A program made the position numbers and the translations under genes. 64,000 nt of DNA, from assembly GCF_037042905.1 (NCBI RefSeq), contig NC_087252.1:15750001-15814000 (forward strand), in the 5' to 3' direction. The notes beneath the pieces are model-generated. The model searched no databases, was not told the DNA's origin, and worked only from the letters and a program-made list of their open reading frames with translations. Every line of letters starts with the position of its first letter. Positions within the stretch are counted from its first letter, which is position 1. Below are positions 1-11,786 of this stretch, one piece after another. The DNA is from Lytechinus pictus (taxonomy: Eukaryota).

Positions 1-58
1 TTGTATCCTTTAGACAATCGATAATTTAAAATCACAAATTTTTTTGTATTTTTTTTAG

Positions 59-183
59 CTGTGCCTGATTTCATCCGTGCTCCTCGTGATAAAACTATCC
101 ATGTTAATGAAATGGTTCGCTTTCAATGTGAAGCGGTCGGAAGCCCGCCCCCATCCATCCATTGGCAGAAAGCAGGAACAGAG
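59..183 (+). CDS. robo: Robo exon, Ig4 N-half (gene continues upstream of window)
   Basis: tttttag|CT acceptor, GAG|gtgagt donor; VPDFIRAPRDKTIHVNEMVRFQCEAVGSPPPSIHWQKAGTE matches the Robo Ig4 pattern (PRD..V.FQCEA.G.P.P.I.W). Confidence 0.92.
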
Positions 184-240
184 GTGAGTCTTCACTTTAT
201 ATCTTTCGTTGCATTATTATTACATATCTCTAAAGAGTTA

Positions 241-1257
241 CCGTAAGTAACGGTGTATTAACCGCACCCGTGTATTAACCGCACCCTCAACTTTGGACTA
301 AAAAATCCTTCTCACATTTACATGCATATTTGAGGTACGAAGAAACAAAAACTAAGTTAAAGATTTCAAAGTATTCAAAGAGATTACCGGTATGCGGAAA
401 TCTGCTGTTCTTGATCAATTCATCTACAAATGTTAGCAAGAAAGAAAGGTCCCGACAATATTGGCCACTTACACACTCACTCACCTCACAGTCACAGTGT
501 ACACACACACAGCACTGCCGTTCTTGTACATGTACATTGCAAACTTCGATACGGTACCACTACCAGTACATCTTGCATCACAACCTCACAATCACTTTCA
601 GCATTTGTCTAGCATTCGATGGCTTAGCATGAATTTTGGATACGGGATTACAGGAAGGTTCAAGAAACAAAAAAAAATTGGCATTTTTTCCACTTGTTTT
701 ACGGCTCCGTGCCGTCTCTCTCATGCGTGGTGCACGGTGTACATGGTATCTTATGAAAAGCAAACAGGAAAGAAAAAAATAAGCTGGCGCGAAACAGGAC
801 TTTGAGGGGTTAAAATGAATAGCGCCAGCTTAAGTCGCACTAAAACCACAATACAACGCAAGCTAGCTCTCGGCTCTTGCTCAACTGTGACAAATTATTA
901 CCGAGAATGCTTGGCGTCTCTTTGAACTTAGCCAGGGAACTTCGCTGCTTTGAATCGAGAATAAAGTCGAAATTAGTGTCATGAAGGTAGGTGCATTTGT
1001 TATGGACACTATTTGATTAAGATCGTAATAATCGCTTCCCATTGGCATTACCCGCGGCTCATACCCCTCTAAACGACATTGCCCTGGGCGGCTACGCCCG
1101 GCCACTCGATGTGTTGTGAACTGGCAGACTTCTTACATGTTCGGGAGGGGTTACGCGGGCGGGCTCAGACCCGTCACCGTGGATAAACCGCACGTGCCCC
1201 GACTTTTGCTTATATCCCGCCGTGAAAAAGGTGCGGTTAATACACCGTTACTTACGG
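241..1257. mobile_element. Non-autonomous Tc1/mariner (pogo-like) element
   Basis: Perfect 28-bp TIR CCGTAAGTAACGGTGTATTAACCGCACC / GGTGCGGTTAATACACCGTTACTTACGG with TA on both sides; no transposase ORF. Confidence 0.85.
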
Positions 1258-1451
1258 TACTCAAAACATTTCTATGTTATTAAGTGAAAACTTGCTATAT
1301 GCATTCTTTGTTCTTGAAAACAACTACTTTGTGACAATTTTGTGAAAAAAAATGTGTTTAAATCAGAGACTTCTGTGTTGCATATTTACATAGGGCCTAC
1401 TGGTATATGATGCTTCAGTTGATGTGTTTTACTGCTCTATTCCCGTATCTA

Positions 1452-2004
1452 GGGTCCCATCTTACTAAGAGTTACGATTGATCAGATCAATCGTAACTAT
1501 GGAAATCCATCAATGTCATAATTTTGCATACAGGAAATTTGCACAATGTCCTTGGTAAACAAATAGGAAGAACAGTGAATTGTCAAGGCAAAGATGATTG
1601 TATGAGTATACATCATGTCTGGGCCCCGTCTTACAAAGAGTTAAGATTGATCCGATCAATTGCAACTATGGACTGCCAGCAACGTCAACATCTATTATGC
1701 TTGCATGTTTGTTCAAAATATTTTCTAGCTATGATGTATATTCATGCATACATTGTTTTCTTGAAATTTCACTGCGCTTCTCTTTGCATACAAAGGACAT
1801 TGTGCAAATTTTTCTTAGAAAAAACTATGACACTGATGGATTTCCATAGAGTTACGATTGATCTGATCAGTCGTAATTCTGTGAAAGACGGGGCCCAGGG
1901 AAACGCTTTGAACGAACATGCATTTTAGATGTACATGTAGGTGTTGCTGATTTTCCATAGTTGTGCCCGATCAGATTGATCGCAACTCTTTGTAAGACAG
2001 GTCC
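1452..2004. mobile_element. Two nested Harbinger-like MITEs of one family (inner copy 1622-1895)
   Basis: Termini resemble GGCCCCGTCTTACAAAGAGTTACGATTGATC...; the inner copy is flanked by CTG/CAG; same family as 25036-25291. Confidence 0.7.
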
Positions 2005-2104
2005 CTGAAGTGAAGAATTTTTCTTCAAGGATCAAGATCAAAATCTCCTTATACCATTTACTTTGAGTTTGTAATTTTCATTTTCATTAAATCCCATGTC
2101 ATAG

Positions 2105-2267
2105 GATAACCTACTGTTCATAAACCAACAAAGAGGGCGCTTTGAGGTGTCGTCATCCGGTGAGCTTCAGATCAATCCAGTTCATATGGAAGATGCTGGA
2201 ACTTATATCTGCTATGCTACTGGTGGAACAGGAGTCGCGGAAGCGAAAGCCGTCCTGCGTGTTCTAG
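2105..2267 (+). CDS. robo: Robo exon, Ig4 C-half
   Basis: catag|GAT...CTA G|gtaaac; DNLLFINQQRGRFEVSSSGELQINPVHMEDAGTYICYATGGTGVAEAKAVLRVL; phase 0 joins the previous exon. Confidence 0.92.
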
Positions 2268-2991
2268 GTAAACCCTTATACCTTCTTTTCCTTCTCCTTT
2301 TCTCTATCTTTTCCGTACTTATATGCTTGCAATATATTATCTGCATGACTCACTAACTTCAAAACAGCCTATCCAATATAATTTCATTTAACTCTTAATA
2401 TTCATTTAGGTATTATTATTTGGAAGTATATTCTCTCTTTCTCAAGAAGATGTGAAAAGAAAAGTCGTTTTTGGTCTTCGAAAAATGTTTCTTCAGTAGA
2501 AACTGGAAAAAAAATTTGAACACTATTTTTACTAAGTTGATTAAAAAATTGCCCAAATTCCCTGATTCATTCCTTTCATTTCTTAATATCAACTTTGATA
2601 TATTGGTATCCTTTAACTCACATTCTTTGACTTGCATACTCGATTATACTAATCTTGCTTTACTCTTACTGAACATTATTTGTTTTATTTTTTCTTCTCT
2701 TATTCCTGATTTTCATCCTTGGTTCTTTCTTCCTACTGGCATGCAACATATTTTATCATCATTTCTCATTCATCCTCATCTTCACCACCACCACCACCAT
2801 CTTTCTGCATGGTTGCTATGGTTACGCCATCAATCCTAACGATGGGATGATGTCCGTTACACTCTCCTCCACCACACACCCTTTGGTTGTCCCATCACAT
2901 TGGTTGCTATGGGAACGGGATGCTATCGCTACCAACTGCTACCAATGATAACCCTAACCCCCATCATCTCTCTGGTCCTCCGGGGCTTTAG

Positions 2992-3015
2992 GGAGTGAAA
3001 CAGGTGGAGACGAAG
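2992..3015 (+). CDS. robo: Candidate 24-nt Robo microexon in the Ig4-Ig5 linker (GSETGGDE)
   Basis: ctttag|GGAGTGAAACAGGTGGAGACGAAG|gtgagg; phase 1-1, in frame; CCCTAAC branch-like motif at 2952-2958; no AG between 2537 and 2989. Confidence 0.7.
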
Positions 3016-5267
3016 GTGAGGAAAGAAAATGAAAAGACAAGAAATGGCATCAGAAATCTCACTTGTTACAATATAATTATCATATCATTTTTATGATTAT
3101 TATTTTTATGATCATTGTTATTATCTTCATTATTATTGCATTTTACTTCAATTTCCTCTTCTTCTTTTTCTTCTTCCTCTTCTTTTTATATCAATATTAT
3201 TGTGATGATGATGATTATTAGTAGTAGTATTAATTGTTAATAATATATTATTATTATTATCATTATCATTATTATGATCACTATTAGTATTTTTATCAAT
3301 ATATCATGTCATGTATGGTCATTATAGAAACTCAAAGCTTCAGTGGAAACACATTGTCTTTGAAAATACCATACTTTTTAAAAGATATTGATTATAGGTG
3401 TCAAATAATGTCAATAAAATTAATAAGCATTAGTGCTTTGGACTTTGTTTCCAGTCCAACAAAATAAATAAAATGCAGAATTGAATGGATGTTTTGATTT
3501 GACCCTCCTGAAGCAAGTGAAATGGAAGAACTTTATCCCATGTTGAATTGATATCCCTAAGCATGCAGGAAACCAGAAAGAGAATCAGGAAAACCAATAA
3601 ATCATATTTGAAACATCCAACAGTTGGCATCAATTTAAGAAGAAATGGGTCATTCCTACATGTACTTTCTAGTAAGATAGTTGTTGATGGGAATCATGAA
3701 CAATCAAAGGGAGTATATGAATATGTACATGTAAGCCCAATTTCTTGGCTAAATTTAGTTTAATATTCGAAATGGTTGGATCAGGGTAAAATAATTTTTA
3801 TTTTCTGGGGCTACTTTTCACAATCTACTGAATAAATCATCGCAGAGAATGAGGATTTTCCTCTTTTTTTTTTTAGCATTTTGGGGGCTAAATCACCCTT
3901 AGCCTCTGTGTATTTTTTTCCCTGGGTTAGACATACATATGCCCATTTCTCTCTTGAAATTCCACCTAGAAGTGCCTGAAAATATATGAAAACAATGATC
4001 TAAATTCTAATTGGACTGACACAAAAATGATTTGATTGAACTACATCATGATCCTGGGTTTTTATTTAAATCATATATTCCATTGTTTGCGATAGGTATT
4101 ATGCAAGGTATACTTGTAAGGTATACATTTCAATTTCACATACCATCCTTAATCTATTTGATTCAGTTCAATTGTTTTATTTTTCCACTTTCAATTTGTC
4201 ATATTTGCAATAATGATACATAGTTCATAAAGTATAATTTAATCACATTTTCAAGAACATGTATAAAGATCAACATAGACAGTACAATAATCATTTATCA
4301 AGACAAAGTTTATATTGAAAGAGAGGGAGGGCCAACTGAAAACCAGAGATTGTATGATTTAGCCCCCCCCCCTCATGTGCACACAATTAATATTTAACAT
4401 CAATACATATTGCATTATAATTATTTGCCTCGCTGAGATTGGCTTTCATGATGATTTTACCATCGTCTGAACATTTAAACTGTTCACGTTTTTCTTTGTA
4501 AAGTATAATTGTAAAAGATTTCCTAATTTTGATAAACCGGGGTATATTACCTCCCTTCGTTGAAAATATTCTCCCTAGTTTGGCAGGATGCCAGTAAATT
4601 TATTATTTATGGTTTGCTCTAATTCAATCTTACCATTATAGGAATGAGATGATAATTGAATTTGGTTTTTCACTTAGAATACCTAATAAATTTTCAAGAT
4701 TTACAGTAGTAGGGTCATTTGGTCATTTTACATGGAGGTTTAAGAAATTTCCTTTCTTTTTGAAATCATGAACACTTCCTTTTTTATTTTGTTTTGGAAA
4801 TCTTCATTTGCTTGTTTCTTATTTGTTGCTAATCCTTTTCATCGTGGAAAATGCAACAAATGGCACTATGAGGAAATAGCTAGCAGTAAAATGAGTAATA
4901 ATTTATTCATCTGCATTTTTATGTATTTTTACATTGAAAGTGTGTGTATTATGAGTAATATGCAACATTTTTTCCTTCTCATTTTTCTGCCTCTTCTTCC
5001 ATTCTCTTTCCTACTCTCTATTTCCCTTTTTCCTTATCCCATTTTCTTTCTGTATTTTCTTGTTTCCTTCTTCCCCTTCCTGTCTATTCCGTGTCCATCT
5101 TGATTTCCCTATTCTCTTCCCATTTTTTTTTCTTTCCTTCCTTCCTTCCTTCCTTTTCTATCTTTCCTTTTTTATCTTTCTTTCCTTCTTTCTTTCTCTC
5201 TTACTCTCCTTTCTTTCTCTTTCTCTCTCTGTGCCTACCTCTCGTTTTCACCAATCAACCACCTCAG

Positions 5268-5427
5268 ATGAGTCATTAGCTCCGCCCCCAATCATCCAAT
5301 ACGGTCCGGCCAATCAGACCTTGTTAATAGGATCGACAGCTACGTTCCGATGTCATAGCAATGGAAACCCATCCCCTCACATTGATTGGACTAAAGATGG
5401 ATTAACACTCAGCACTACCAATCCAAG
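5268..5427 (+). CDS. robo: Robo exon, Ig5 N-half
   Basis: Long pyrimidine tract, ctcag|AT, AG|gtacat; DESLAPPPIIQYGPANQTLLIGSTATFRCHSNGNPSPHIDWTKDG (Robo Ig5 signature PPP.I..GP.NQT). An in-frame alternative acceptor is possible at 5280. Confidence 0.9.
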
Positions 5428-5882
5428 GTACATGTATCTTCATTTCTAGGAATCTTACCTTCAAATACTCTATAGGGCCCACGCCATATATTTCGCATCC
5501 ATATTTTTTTGCATTCCTGCTACAAGATGTAAAATGTGCAAATTATATTTTCATGAATATTTTGGATTTGTGCATTTGTATTTACTCTGTACAGAAATAT
5601 CAGGATGTGAAAACTTTTGCGTTCACTTTGAGTTGCGAAATTCACGAAACGTAGTGAACGTATACAGTATGTTTAACATTACAACTGTGTTATAGTCAGA
5701 GTTATTCACAAGAAAATTTCCTATAATAATTTTGATAGAGGAACACCGACTAATGCATGTTGTTAAGTACACAGTGGGAGTTAAACAAATGCATGACATC
5801 TCAATAATCGCACAACATGCATGCATGTATCATGAAATGCACGAAATGGATGATTACAATGTTACTTTGACTTTGTTTGTAG

Positions 5883-6013
5883 GTTTAATGTGATGTATCC
5901 TGATAGCACGCTGGAGATCACCGGTGTTCAAATAGATGATAGTGGATTGTATACGTGTATTGCTACAAGTAACAGTGGAGAGACCAGTTTATCAGCCAAC
6001 CTCGTCGTCGTTG
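5883..6013 (+). CDS. robo: Robo exon, Ig5 C-half
   Basis: tgtag|G TTT...GTT G|gtatgt; RFNVMYPDSTLEITGVQIDDSGLYTCIATSNSGETSLSANLVVV (DxGxYxC motif). Not in the ORF track. Confidence 0.92.
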
Positions 6014-6540
6014 GTATGTATCTGTCGGCCAAAGGTTCCATTTTAATATCATAATGATGATGATAATGATTTTAATAATCTTTATTTACCAATGGGAGGC
6101 ACTTCAACTCTTATGAACTGTTCCCCCAGCGGGCCCGGCATAACATAATGTAATTATTACCCTTCCGCATTCCACTATGATTGTCGAGCTCCTGACAAGA
6201 TGGCCGAAGGTCCCATTTTAAAGTCTTTGGTATGACTCAGCCGGACTTCGAATCCACCACCTCCACTTCTTGAGGTGTGTTTATATACACATCACTTTTT
6301 GAAACATAATCTCTTCTCTTCTATATGAGTTTTCCTCTCTTTGCTGGGGAACTATCCATTTTGTCCCACAATTGCAAATTCAACAACTTGCGAAAACATT
6401 GCGACCCCTGCCATCCCCCCACAACATAATGGAACATAAAAATAACCGCTTGCACAGTATCATCGTTCATTCGTGCAACAATTATTATTCTGTAAAATTA
6501 TTCAATCATTTTGATCCCTTTTCATTCCTGGAATTTCCAG

Positions 6541-6726
6541 ACACCCCTGGGACGTCCGAAAGAACTGCCCCCAGTACCAATGAGTTTCCTGGCGCCCCCT
6601 CGCAGCCTCTACGGGTCAATGTTACCAGATCGTCCATACAGGTACAATGGACTGCTCCCGCGGCTAGCAGGGCGCCCTCTGTGACCGGATATCAAGTGGA
6701 GTACTTCAGCCCTGAGCAGACGATAG
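6541..6726 (+). CDS. robo: Robo exon, FN3-1 N-half
   Basis: ttccag|AC...ATA G|gtgaga; FPGAPSQPLRVNVTRSSIQVQWTAP...VTGYQVEYFSP. Confidence 0.92.
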
Positions 6727-7390
6727 GTGAGAGAGTGAAATGGGAAAGATTTATTTGATCTCATTCAATATAAGTATCACAAGTGTGTAGATAATGAGAA
6801 GTAGTAGGTTTTTGCTAAATGTACCATACCTCTGTAGAAGCCATATTGTTTACTTGATAAATAAATCCATGAATATTATGATTCATCCAGTAAACTCAAA
6901 AATATGAAAAAACTTACGAGTCGTGATGTTTCACCAACCATTGTTGGCGAGTGAACACCAATCACGTCTTTCGAAGTGACCTTGCATCGAAGTCAGTAGA
7001 CCGTAGCGAAGCGTCATTTAGTTCCCAAGGGGCGGTAAGCAAATATTGGCATAATAATTCATAAGTTCATATTATAGGAAACACAAGCACTTTGGTTGTT
7101 GTGATGATGCATATTTGAATTGCAAAATTATATAGATTTATTCAAATAACAGAGATTCTTGGAACTTCTATACATGTATGTGGCTGATGTTTTACTTGTT
7201 TATATGAAATGATAATGCCAAGATTTTTCGCAATATCATGAATAGCGTTTACGTGACACATATTCTTCTATTTTTTTAAGAAGGGAGCAAATGTTGTTTT
7301 GGTTAGTGGTGGAGAAAGTTGTTAGCTGTAGTGGGGAAACGGAAGTTCTCAAATAATTATTGGAAATTTGTTATGATTTTTTTTTTACAG

Positions 7391-7540
7391 GTTGGGTGGT
7401 AGCCGGAACAGGCATCCAAGGACAGACGTACAACCTCCACCATCTTGTCCCTTCATCCTCTTACCTGGTGATTGTACGAGCCATCAATTCTAATGGTATA
7501 GGTCCACCTAGTCCAGTGTCGGAGACCATCGCAACTACCG
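7391..7540 (+). CDS. robo: Robo exon, FN3-1 C-half
   Basis: tacag|GT...ACC G|gtatgt; WVVAGTGIQGQTYNLHHLVPSSSYLVIVRAINSNGIGPPSPVSETIATT. Confidence 0.92.
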
Positions 7541-7774
7541 GTATGTAATCATTATCTCCCGTTCAGGGATATGATTCATTGATCCGGTGTTGAAGTTGTA
7601 ATATTTCTATTTTTTTGCAGTCATAATATGGATTTCTTCTGCATTTAATCATTTACTTGTGTTGGTTATTGTTGATCAATTTGACTTTATATATAACAGT
7701 TTACAGCTTATGATGTGCTTTTCAAAATTTCAAAATTCATTTCGGGTGACTTACTGTTGGCTAGGGGTGACAGG

Positions 7775-8070
7775 CAGTGGCGTACCTGGGATTTTTCACA
7801 GGGGGGGCAAAACCGTCCGCCAAAAAATTTGACAAGCCCCCCCCCCCCCAAAAAAAAAAAAAGTCTTCAATCACAAATGAAGGTTTTCATACCAGAAAAA
7901 AATTTGACAAGCAAAAAAAAAAAAAAAAAAAAGGTCTTCAAACTCGTCAGGGGGGGCAATAAAGGTCTTCAAGCTCGTCAGGGGGGGCATGGATACGTCC
8001 TTTGCATGGGTTGTGGCTCGTCAGGGGGGGGGGCAGACTGCCCCCTATGCCCCCCGTAGGTACGCTAGTG
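7775..8070 (+). mobile_element. hAT-like MITE with 8-bp TSD
   Basis: TSD GTGACAGG at 7767-7774 and 8071-8078; TIR CAGTGGCGTACCT / AGGTACGCTAGTG; internal G/C/A homopolymers. Confidence 0.85.
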
Positions 8071-8170
8071 GTGACAGGTCACCATTATAATTTGTTATAA
8101 TCATAATTGCCATCGTATCATTGTTATTATTATTATTTGTTTCTATCATTAAATCTCTCTGAAATTTCAG

Positions 8171-8292
8171 ATGAGACATCAAATCCCGGACCTTCTAGGG
8201 AATGCCTGGTTGATAAATCTTCTATCTCTGTGGAGATCACTACAATTATTGCTCTAAGTTCAACCGCCATCAAAGTCTCGTGGGAAGTCCAT
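8171..8292 (+). CDS. robo: Robo exon, FN3-2a N-part
   Basis: ttcag|AT...CAT|gtaagt; 122 nt, phase 1-0; SVEITTIIALSSTAIKVSWEVH. Confidence 0.88.
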
Positions 8293-8722
8293 GTAAGTAT
8301 ACAAGAAAAATCCTTTTAAAACAAAATCATCATTGTCTTGCTTGCATTTTTAAAAAGTAGTTGTAGAATTTGCTTCCCTTTCATCGTTCAAGAATATCAT
8401 TGTTGTCTAGCTGGCATTTTCTTCAAATTTTAGAAAGTTGTTTCTTGTAGGATGTATATTTGGATATTATAAATTTATTATGAGCTATACACATTTTTGT
8501 GTCTTTCATATATGAATGTATTTTTTTTTAAGATTAAAAGTTTCAACTGATGATAATGAAAAAAGTTAACATTTAATTCATCTGCATCCTGAATAAAAAT
8601 CCTCCTTATTATATGAAATGTAAAATAACAATAATGCCCCCCCCCAAAAAAAAAAACACGGATGGGTTGATTTTGTTCTAATTGCTATCGTTCAATTGTC
8701 CTTTTTGTTAATACATGATTAG

Positions 8723-8939
8723 GCCCCAACAAATGACGACCTGATAGACGGATATCAAGTCCGGTACCTCCTGTCTGACGGAGCCAGCCGGACTCACTTT
8801 CAGACGGTAGTTGGGATGATGTCAACCATCCTTACAGGACTGGATCCAAACGTCGACTACACTGTGTCTGTAAGACCGCAGATATGTAATAGCAAGGGAC
8901 AGGAGTCGCCCTCTGTCGCTGCGAGGACGATGAGTGAAG
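8723..8939 (+). CDS. robo: Robo exon, FN3-2a C-part
   Basis: attag|GCC...GAA G|gtaaga; APTNDDLIDGYQVRYLLSDG...ILTGLDPNVDYTVSVRPQICNSKGQESPSVAARTMSE. Open frame; not in the ORF track. Confidence 0.88.
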
Positions 8940-9094
8940 GTAAGACTGTGAGTTGCCAGTCATTCTGATGGCTTGGGTTGTATCCCACCGCTGCCACCAG
9001 TACATTTCAATCAAAATAGTTACATAATTGGTAAATGGTGGTGATTTTTAACCTGATGGCTAAGAAAGCATGAATGCTTGTAAGCAAGCAACCA

Positions 9095-9244
9095 GAGGAC
9101 CGACAGCTTAAGGTCCTCTCCAAGGGACCGGGTAATGAGGATTAATTCCTAATTACCAAAGGGCACTTGCGCACCAAGTGGGAATCGAACCCGGGTGACC
9201 AGAAACCGAGACCCACGGTCTACCGACTGAGCTATCGCACCTCC
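9095..9244 (-). mobile_element. tRNA-derived SINE
   Basis: Minus strand reads GGAGGTGCGATAGCTCAGTCGGTAGA (A box)...GGGTTCGATTCCC (B box), followed by a non-tRNA body; related remnants near 9975-10040 and 20665-20740. Confidence 0.7.
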
Positions 9245-9605
9245 TAAATGAACCCAGCTTATTAGGTAACTGATCTCATGCCATCAGTAAGGAGCAATTT
9301 ACAAATTGTTGCATAAATATTAAAGAGTACCCCACCACAAGGTGGTCATATAAAACATGCACTTGGGCAGATCTTTGGTGTTCACATAGTGCACAATGCA
9401 GAGTCTGAATAAGGGAGACTAATACTGTGGCTGCTACTTATTTGATATGTCTTCACTCTAGATGTGGTATTATTTATTAAAGTGTAAAATATTTGTCTGT
9501 TCTTGCTGCGTCATTGCAGAGTGCTTCGAGACTTCTGATAAACAAAGTGATAAGCACTATGCAAGCAGGAATGATTATTATTCTTATAATTTTTCTTCTG
9601 CATAG

Positions 9606-9727
9606 GTTCTGGTCCGCTTTGTATCCACGGTGACAATCAAATCTTACAGAACAAACTCGACGGAAGCAACGTTCATATTGTTGGAACTGAGACAGTTGGA
9701 TCAAATGCCATACAAGTCAAGTGGGAA
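9606..9727 (+). CDS. robo: Robo exon, FN3-2b N-part
   Basis: catag|GT...GAA|gtaagt; 122 nt, phase 1-0; GSGPLCIHGDNQILQNKLDGSNVHIVGTETVGSNAIQVKWE. Confidence 0.88.
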
Positions 9728-10216
9728 GTAAGTCGTTTTGGTATCAATTTCAGCAAACGTTTTCACATACAGCTTCGAAATTGAATTTAGACCATAACTT
9801 ATGGGAGATAAGTAGGAAAGGGGTCTTAAGTGGACTTAAATATCTACTTTTTTGTGCAGTATCATAAAATATCTTCTTTTTGGTGCAGTGTCATTTAATT
9901 ATGATAAATAAAACTTTTTTTTCATTAATGTGCATGATATTCATATCTGTATTAAAAAGACTGTCTTGGTCAAGAGCTGTGCCATGAATCGAATCCTGGA
10001 CTGTCATGGCGCCTTAGACCACTCGGCCATGTTACCTCACAGTGTATTATGGCTGAAGGATATTGATATTGATCATAATGTCTGATTGAATCTGATGACC
10101 AGGGCAATATAATACAACATCCATTTTGTATCTTAAGCTCTTTATAAATAACCAGATAATCACTATCATTAAAATTAAGAGAGAATTAATATAACCCATT
10201 TCTTGTTGTTTGACAG

Positions 10217-10442
10217 ATGGCACGGAATGCAGTGGCGTACGTCGAAGGGTTTCACATCAAATATCGCTCCTCTAGTTCTTCATCGACAAACTACTCGGTG
10301 GAGACGATCACTGGTCCGGGTAGAACGTTTGTACTCAACGGTTTATCCTCGTGGAAAGAATATTCCATCAGTGTGCAGCCTTTCAGCGGGCTTTACTGTG
10401 GCGCAGAAGGACATCAAATAAAGAGCTGGACTGCCGCTGATA
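10217..10442 (+). CDS. robo: Robo exon, FN3-2b C-part
   Basis: gacag|ATG...GAT A|gtgagt; YVEGFHIKYR...FVLNGLSSWKEYSISVQPFSGLYCG (Robo FN2-like). Confidence 0.9.
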
Positions 10443-10914
10443 GTGAGTGCATTTACTTGTAAACATAGTTTATTATCTGCGGGAAATTTCCAAAGGGCCA
10501 CATCCTTACAGTGTCTCATTTATTAAGAGACACCTGTGCCATGTCTCATTTTCCTGAATGCAAGTAATATACAAATAGAATATGGTTAGAAATAGAAATA
10601 TGTACTTTAAAAATTTGATACTATTCCCTGAATGGTATGTGGTACCATTCCGGAATAAAACATGTTTGACTTCAACCAATCATTACTCACTAAAGGTTGG
10701 CAACACATGAAAACAACAGAATCCCTGTTTAAAAGTGCACTGAATGAATTCTCTCATTTTATGAAGGGGAAAAAATGAGTTTTGTTATGAAATTTAAGAA
10801 TCGAGGTTGGCCTTACAAAAAAAAAGGTATCCTGGCTATCACAGCTTGACATCTCTAAATAATTTTGCATGAGTTTCATCGAAATGCTTCGGATCTCATT
10901 TTCCTTCCAAACAG

Positions 10915-11220
10915 GACCAAGAGGACCACCGAGGAACGTGAAAGCTCAAAGCAACGGGACCACTGCGGTCCTGGTCCGATGGCAGGCCCCTGCTCGGGAC
11001 CTAGTCCAGGGCTACATCGAAGGCTACTATATATCGTGCAGGGGCAACCAGTCATCTCAGGCCAGGAACAGGACCATCCAAGGCAACACGACCTTGGTAG
11101 GACGGGTCGGGGGTCTTCAAGCAGGAAAGGTCTATAAGATTCAGGTTGCAGCGTTCACCGCAGCAGGAGCTGGTCCATCGAGTCCGGTTGTCCTCGTCAC
11201 TGTAGCCACACCAGCCCCCA
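10915..11220 (+). CDS. robo: Robo exon, membrane-proximal FN3
   Basis: aacag|GA...CCC A|gtgagt; PRGPPRNVKAQSNGTTAVLVRWQAP...GYIEGYYI...GLQAGKVYKIQVAAFTAAGAGPSS. Confidence 0.93.
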
Positions 11221-11621
11221 GTGAGTACAGCTCGTTGGCGCATATTCCGAACTCGGGTTTAATATTAAAATTCTGGACTGATGTTATGGTTTAATTGTGG
11301 ATAGCCAATTGTGATACAAAGTACTTAACAGTAAAGGTTTGATTTATGATCACTTTCATGACTCGGGTCATTCACAACTATTTGAGAACTTAAATTCTGG
11401 TCTAATGTGTAGTTTAACTAGGGATAGCCAATTGTGATTCAAATTACTTAACAGTAAAGGTTTGATTTAAGATATCATTCATAACTATCTGGGAATAATT
11501 ACTGAATTAGTTTTCTTCTGCATTCTGGTTTGATGAAAGATTCTGACGGTAATATCAACATTATTGAGCTGTTGACTGTTGCCAATTTGCTGACATTATA
11601 CTGATTATTGCTAATTTGCAG

Positions 11622-11786
11622 TTGATGCCGTACCCGGTCCAGGTGACCCCGAGACCATGGACGGGGAAACAACCAAGCCGTGGGTGTATGCAATCATTGC
11701 CACCATCGTCTTCATCATCGCTCTCGTACTCATCGCTTTCATTCTTAGGCGAAGGAGAATGAAACATGCTGCCAACCTCACAAAAA
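11622..11786 (+). CDS. robo: Robo exon, juxtamembrane and transmembrane helix
   Basis: ttgcag|TT...AAA A|gtaagt; KPWVYAIIATIVFIIALVLIAFILRRRRMK (PW, hydrophobic helix, basic stop-transfer). Confidence 0.93.

Noticed and set aside
7715..8059. Lys/Gly/Pro-rich ORFs (also 41791-42294, 47322-47723, 49794-50304)
   Set aside because: They derive from homopolymer or GA-rich tracts within MITEs and LINE tails.
9170..9244. Possible tRNA gene
   Set aside because: A and B boxes are present, but the stems pair poorly and the sequence runs into a repeat body with degraded copies elsewhere, so it is a SINE head.
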